NCBI RefSeq assembly: GCF_006345805.1
Contig: NW_021826519.1
Coordinates: 1-12,674 of the forward strand
DNA: 12,674 nt
Origin: Octopus sinensis
Taxonomy: Eukaryota
Reading direction: 5' to 3'
Both the position numbers and the translations under genes were made by a program. The notes beneath the pieces are model-generated. The model was not told the DNA's origin, did no database searches, and was given only the letters and a program-made list of their open reading frames with translations. This document shows positions 9,540 to 12,674 of this stretch, in pieces; position 1 is the first letter of the stretch; each line of letters begins with the position of its first letter.

Positions 9540-9860
9540 GTGTTAATTGCATCTTCCTCAAATCAAAGCTAATATTCTCGTAGTTCTCCAATAATTAATC
9601 AGAGTACTTTAATCAAGATAAATTAAGTAAATGAACAACAGTGTTTTTAATGATGTTGTTCCTTTAATGTATTAAACAACATCACGTGCCAAACGTTTTT
9701 TTTTTTTTTAGAACAACTGTCTTCAAATAAGTTTTGATGGGTCAAATGTCCTTGGCGCCTGCTTTCTGCTCGTGTACAAAACTATTTTGCTAGAAACCTT
9801 TTTGAGCGAGTCGCAAATTTCTAGTGACAGCTTTATAATAAAAGAATCTTTTAATTATTC
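9540..9860 (-). repeat. Right arm of the degenerate long inverted repeat (pairs with ~4905-5355)
   Basis: Same anchors as the left arm; roughly 70-75% identity in the core by eye. Confidence 0.8.
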
Positions 9861-10003
9861 TTTAATTTAAACCTTATTCTTATACCCACCTTCCAGATTC
9901 ACAAACTGCATAGTCCAACCTACTTTACATTTCATAACTGTTGATAATTCTAATTAGAAATTTCACTTGATGATCCATTGATTAAACGATATATCATTGT
10001 TTA

Positions 10004-10234
10004 GGCGGCGAGCTGGCAGAATCGTTAGCACGCCAGACGAAATGCTTAGCAGTATTTCGTCTGCCGCTACGTTCTGAGTTCAAATTCCGCCGAGGTTGAC
10101 TTTGCCTTTCATCCTTTCGGGGTCGATTAAATAAGTACCAATTACGCACTGGGGTCGATATAATCGACTTAATCCGTTTGTCTGTCCTTGTTTGTCCTCT
10201 CTGTGTTTAGCCCCTTGTGGGTAGCAAAGAAACA
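10004..10234 (+). mobile_element. Full-length tRNA-derived SINE (family B, tail variant 2)
   Basis: A-box-like tggcagaatcg 10014-10024, B-box-like gagttcaaattcc 10076-10088, core gactttgcctttcatcctttcggggtcgattaaataagtacc, distinct tail ttaatccgtttgtctgtcc...gccccttgtggg. Confidence 0.93.
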
Positions 10235-10235
10235 G

Positions 10236-10399
10236 GTATTTCGTCTGCTGCTACGTTCTGAGTTCAAATTCCGCCGAGGTCGACTTTGCCTTTCATCCTT
10301 TCGGGGTCGATTAAATAAGTACCAGTTGCGCACTGGGGTCGATGTAATCGACTTAATCCGTTTGTCTGTCCTTGTTTGTCTCCTCTGTGTTTAGCCCCT
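10236..10399 (+). mobile_element. Tandem second unit of SINE family B lacking the A-box head
   Basis: 164 bp duplicate of 10052-10215 (period 184 bp) with about 7 differences. Confidence 0.93.
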
Positions 10400-11060
10400 A
10401 GTAAATAAATAGATATATCACAGTATACCTGAATATTGAGTAAGCCTGATGAGTTGAGAGTAGTAACATATTACATAATCTTATGGATGTTGTGCACACT
10501 GCTTACTTGTCTATACAATGTTTATGTCATAATAAAGATTCTTGATGAAACAATTGTAACAGCGCCAGATAACCCGTTCGTTTTGTTTTTAATATGTGTG
10601 TCTGTGTGTATGGAACTGTGTGCGTACCCTTTTATTTACGTAAAGCAGAGTATTGAGTTACATCATTTAATGTCGAAACAAATTGACTAATCGGCATGCT
10701 GAAATCGATAAAATAATGTCTGAATGAAATATATACAAAAATCTGTAAGAGCAATGTTGAACCTTCAAGTTGAATCCACAACATCACAGGCCAATGATTG
10801 AAATCAGCGGCAGGATAAATAAAAATGAAAAATGTACGAAAAACCAAAAAAAGAAAAAAAAGCAAGAGAATTGATTCTCGTATAAATAAGCATCAATAAC
10901 ACCCAGATGACAATCATATAGACAGAAGATCATTGATTATTTGATTGGTCTTATGTTGGGTCTATTAATCTTATCAGTGACATTTTACATCGAAACTTTT
11001 AAAAGGAAACCCTATTAAAATATGTCAGCCAAACCTATAAACTTTCTTCAACGTCACTAT

Positions 11061-11407
11061 TCAATATTTCTTTATTTTTCATTTATTTTTCTTTTCTTCT
11101 ATTTTCTCCTTCTTTTTCCTCTTCTTTTTTCCCCTTTCCTACCTTCCTTCTCCTAGTCCTTTTTCTCTTTTCTCTTCTTTTTCTTATTCTTCTTCACCTC
11201 TTATTTTACTTTTCTTCTTTTACATCTTACAGCTGTTGACATTTCTTCTTCTTCTTCTTCTTCTTCTTCTTCTTCTTCTTCTTCTTCTTCTTCTTCTTCT
11301 TCTTCTTCTTCTTCTTCTTCTTCTTCTTCTTCTACTACTACTTCTCCTTCTACTACTTCTTCTTCTAGTTCTACTTCTTCTTTTTCTTCTTCTTCTTCTT
11401 ATTATTA

Positions 11408-11439
<32 letters not shown>

Positions 11440-11481
11440 TTCTTCTTCTTCTACTTCTTCTTCTTTTTAATCTTCTTCTTC

Positions 11482-11513
<32 letters not shown>

Positions 11514-11976
11514 CTTCTACTTCTTCTTCTTCTTCTACTCCTTCTTCTTCTTCTTCTACTTCTTCTTCTTCTACTTCTTCTTCTACTTCTTCTTCTTCTT
11601 CTACTCCTTCTTCTTCTACTTCTTCTTCTTCTTCTTCTTCTTTCTTCTTCTTCTTCTTCTTCTTCTTCTTCTTCTTCTTCTCCTTCTTCTTCTTAGTCGT
11701 TATTTTTTTCTTGTTGCTGTTCTTCTTTTCCTTCTTCATTCTTTTCTTGTTTCTTTTCATTTTTCTAATTCTTCTTTTTTTTATATTTTACTTATTGTCT
11801 CTTATCGTTGTTGATGCTGTTATTCTTCAAATTCTTTTCCTCCTCCTTCTTCTCTTTCTCTTCCTCTCTCACGTCCCTCGCATTCTTCTTCTCCCCATCT
11901 TCCTTGTCCCCTTATTTCTTTTTCTTCTTCTTATTTTTCTCCTACACTTCCTCTTTTCCTGCTCCTCCTCTTCCTT

Positions 11977-12012
<36 letters not shown>

Positions 12013-12100
12013 ACTACTTCCTCCCTTATCATTCTTCTTACCGTCCCCATTACGATCATATTTCTTCTAATTCTTTTCTATTTTTTTTTTTTCACTTTCT
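11061..12100. repeat. ~1 kb polypyrimidine/polypurine region including pure (CTT)n 11243-11333, (ATT)n ~11400-11438, CTT/CTA array ~11440-11694, (CTA)n ~11978-12010
   Basis: Directly visible; source of poly-L, poly-F, poly-R and poly-E pseudo-ORFs. Confidence 0.96.
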
Positions 12101-12103
12101 CAG
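12067..12103 (+). promoter_or_regulatory. Canonical 3' splice site: branch-point-like CTAAT, poly-T tract, CAG
   Basis: ctaat 12067-12071, then tcttttctattttttttttttcactttctcag ending at 12103. Confidence 0.7.
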
Positions 12104-12134
12104 GTTATAAGTGCTGCACCAGTGCAGACGGCAG
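12104..12134 (+). CDS. Candidate 31-nt internal exon of an unidentified host gene (frames (G)YKCCTSADG or VISAAPVQTA)
   Basis: Near-consensus acceptor (tttctcag|G) and donor (CAG|gtaagc) enclose a GC-richer island between two low-complexity tracts. Confidence 0.65.
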
Positions 12135-12179
12135 GTAAGCGACACTACACGTCTTGTTGTAGATAATGTACTACAGTTT

Positions 12180-12275
12180 ATACACACACACACACTAACA
12201 CACGCACTCACACACAAACACACACACACAAACATGCACGCACACACACAAACACGCACGCACGCACACATACAC
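12180..12275. repeat. Degenerate (CA)n microsatellite
   Basis: Directly visible. Confidence 0.9.
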
Positions 12276-12348
12276 TTATTGCATTGCTTTATTTCATTGT
12301 ATGTTGTTTGATTTTTTATTGTTCAATTCATGACGTGACTTAAATCAG

Positions 12349-12383
12349 CAACAGAGAAAAGGGGTCACCGGGTATAGAGACAG
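12349..12383 (+). CDS. Candidate 35-nt exon (29 nt from alternative AG at 12354); frame (S)NREKGSPGIET
   Basis: Perfect donor CAG|gtaagt at 12384-12389; weaker tandem acceptors (aaatcag|caacag|); open and in phase after the YKCCTSADG frame of 12104-12134 across a 214-nt intron. Confidence 0.4.
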
Positions 12384-12586
12384 GTAAGTACAACACGAAG
12401 TATGAATGTCACAGTTTACCAATTAACGTCTACCCAGGGACCTTCGTGTCTCGTATGCAAGGAAGAAGTATATTCAATGACACATGTACTTATCGTAAAA
12501 AAAAAAACGGAAGCCCCACTTATTTAAATAAATTATAAAAAAAAAACACCCAAAAAACACAAATAGGTTAAACGAAAAATGTATTG

Positions 12587-12674
12587 AGGAGTGGCTGTTG
12601 TGGTAAGTAGCTTGCTTACCAACCACATGGTTCCGGGTTACAGTCCCACTGCGTGGCACCTTGGGCAAGTGTCT
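12587..12674 (+). mobile_element. tRNA-derived SINE head (family A), running off the window end
   Basis: A-box-like tggctgttgtggt, stem ggtaag/cttacc (12602-12620), B-box-like gggttacagtccc (12635-12647), then CORE-like ccttgggcaagt. Confidence 0.88.

Noticed and set aside
10004-10090. tRNA gene calls for the SINE heads (also 6830-6911 and 12587-12650)
   Set aside because: A/B boxes are present but there is no full cloverleaf, and each continues into a SINE body.
10445-10470. CTGATGA motif (hammerhead core or C/D snoRNA box)
   Set aside because: No downstream GAAA with stems and no matching terminal stem or partner box; expected by chance.
11220-12110. Poly-R, poly-L/F and poly-E/K ORFs
   Set aside because: Translations of (CTT)n-type arrays with no supporting gene structure.
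12355-12383. Collagen-like reading (G)EKGSPGIET
   Set aside because: Only two or three Gly-X-Y-like triplets, and the preceding residue is R rather than G in the spliced model; insufficient to call collagen.
1-12674. CRISPR array, rRNA, prokaryotic operon or intact transposase/RT ORF
   Set aside because: No repeat-spacer periodicity, no rRNA-like sequence, and no RT or transposase motifs seen in any frame; the sequence is eukaryotic non-coding in character.

Overview
AT-rich, microsatellite-dense eukaryotic DNA. The SINE families match what I recall from Octopus genomes (recall, not verified), so the window is probably octopus. None of the supplied six-frame ORFs is a credible stand-alone gene: nearly all are translated microsatellites. 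Supported content: (1) many simple and compound microsatellites; (2) tRNA-derived SINE copies of two families; (3) two independent, 5'-truncated minus-strand fragments of a restriction-like-endonuclease (RLE) non-LTR retrotransposon of R4/Dong type, plus a ~500 bp non-coding element, all embedded in (AAT)n arrays at ~6.5-9.4 kb; (4) a degenerate long inverted repeat (~4905-5355 vs ~9540-9860) bracketing that nest; (5) a near-identical 125 bp direct repeat at 592-716 and 1369-1492; (6) a 31-nt candidate plus-strand exon at 12104-12134 with canonical splice signals and a ~405 nt AG-free zone upstream, and weaker phase-compatible candidate exons, suggesting the window is mostly intron of an unidentified plus-strand gene. 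All identities and alignments are by eye.
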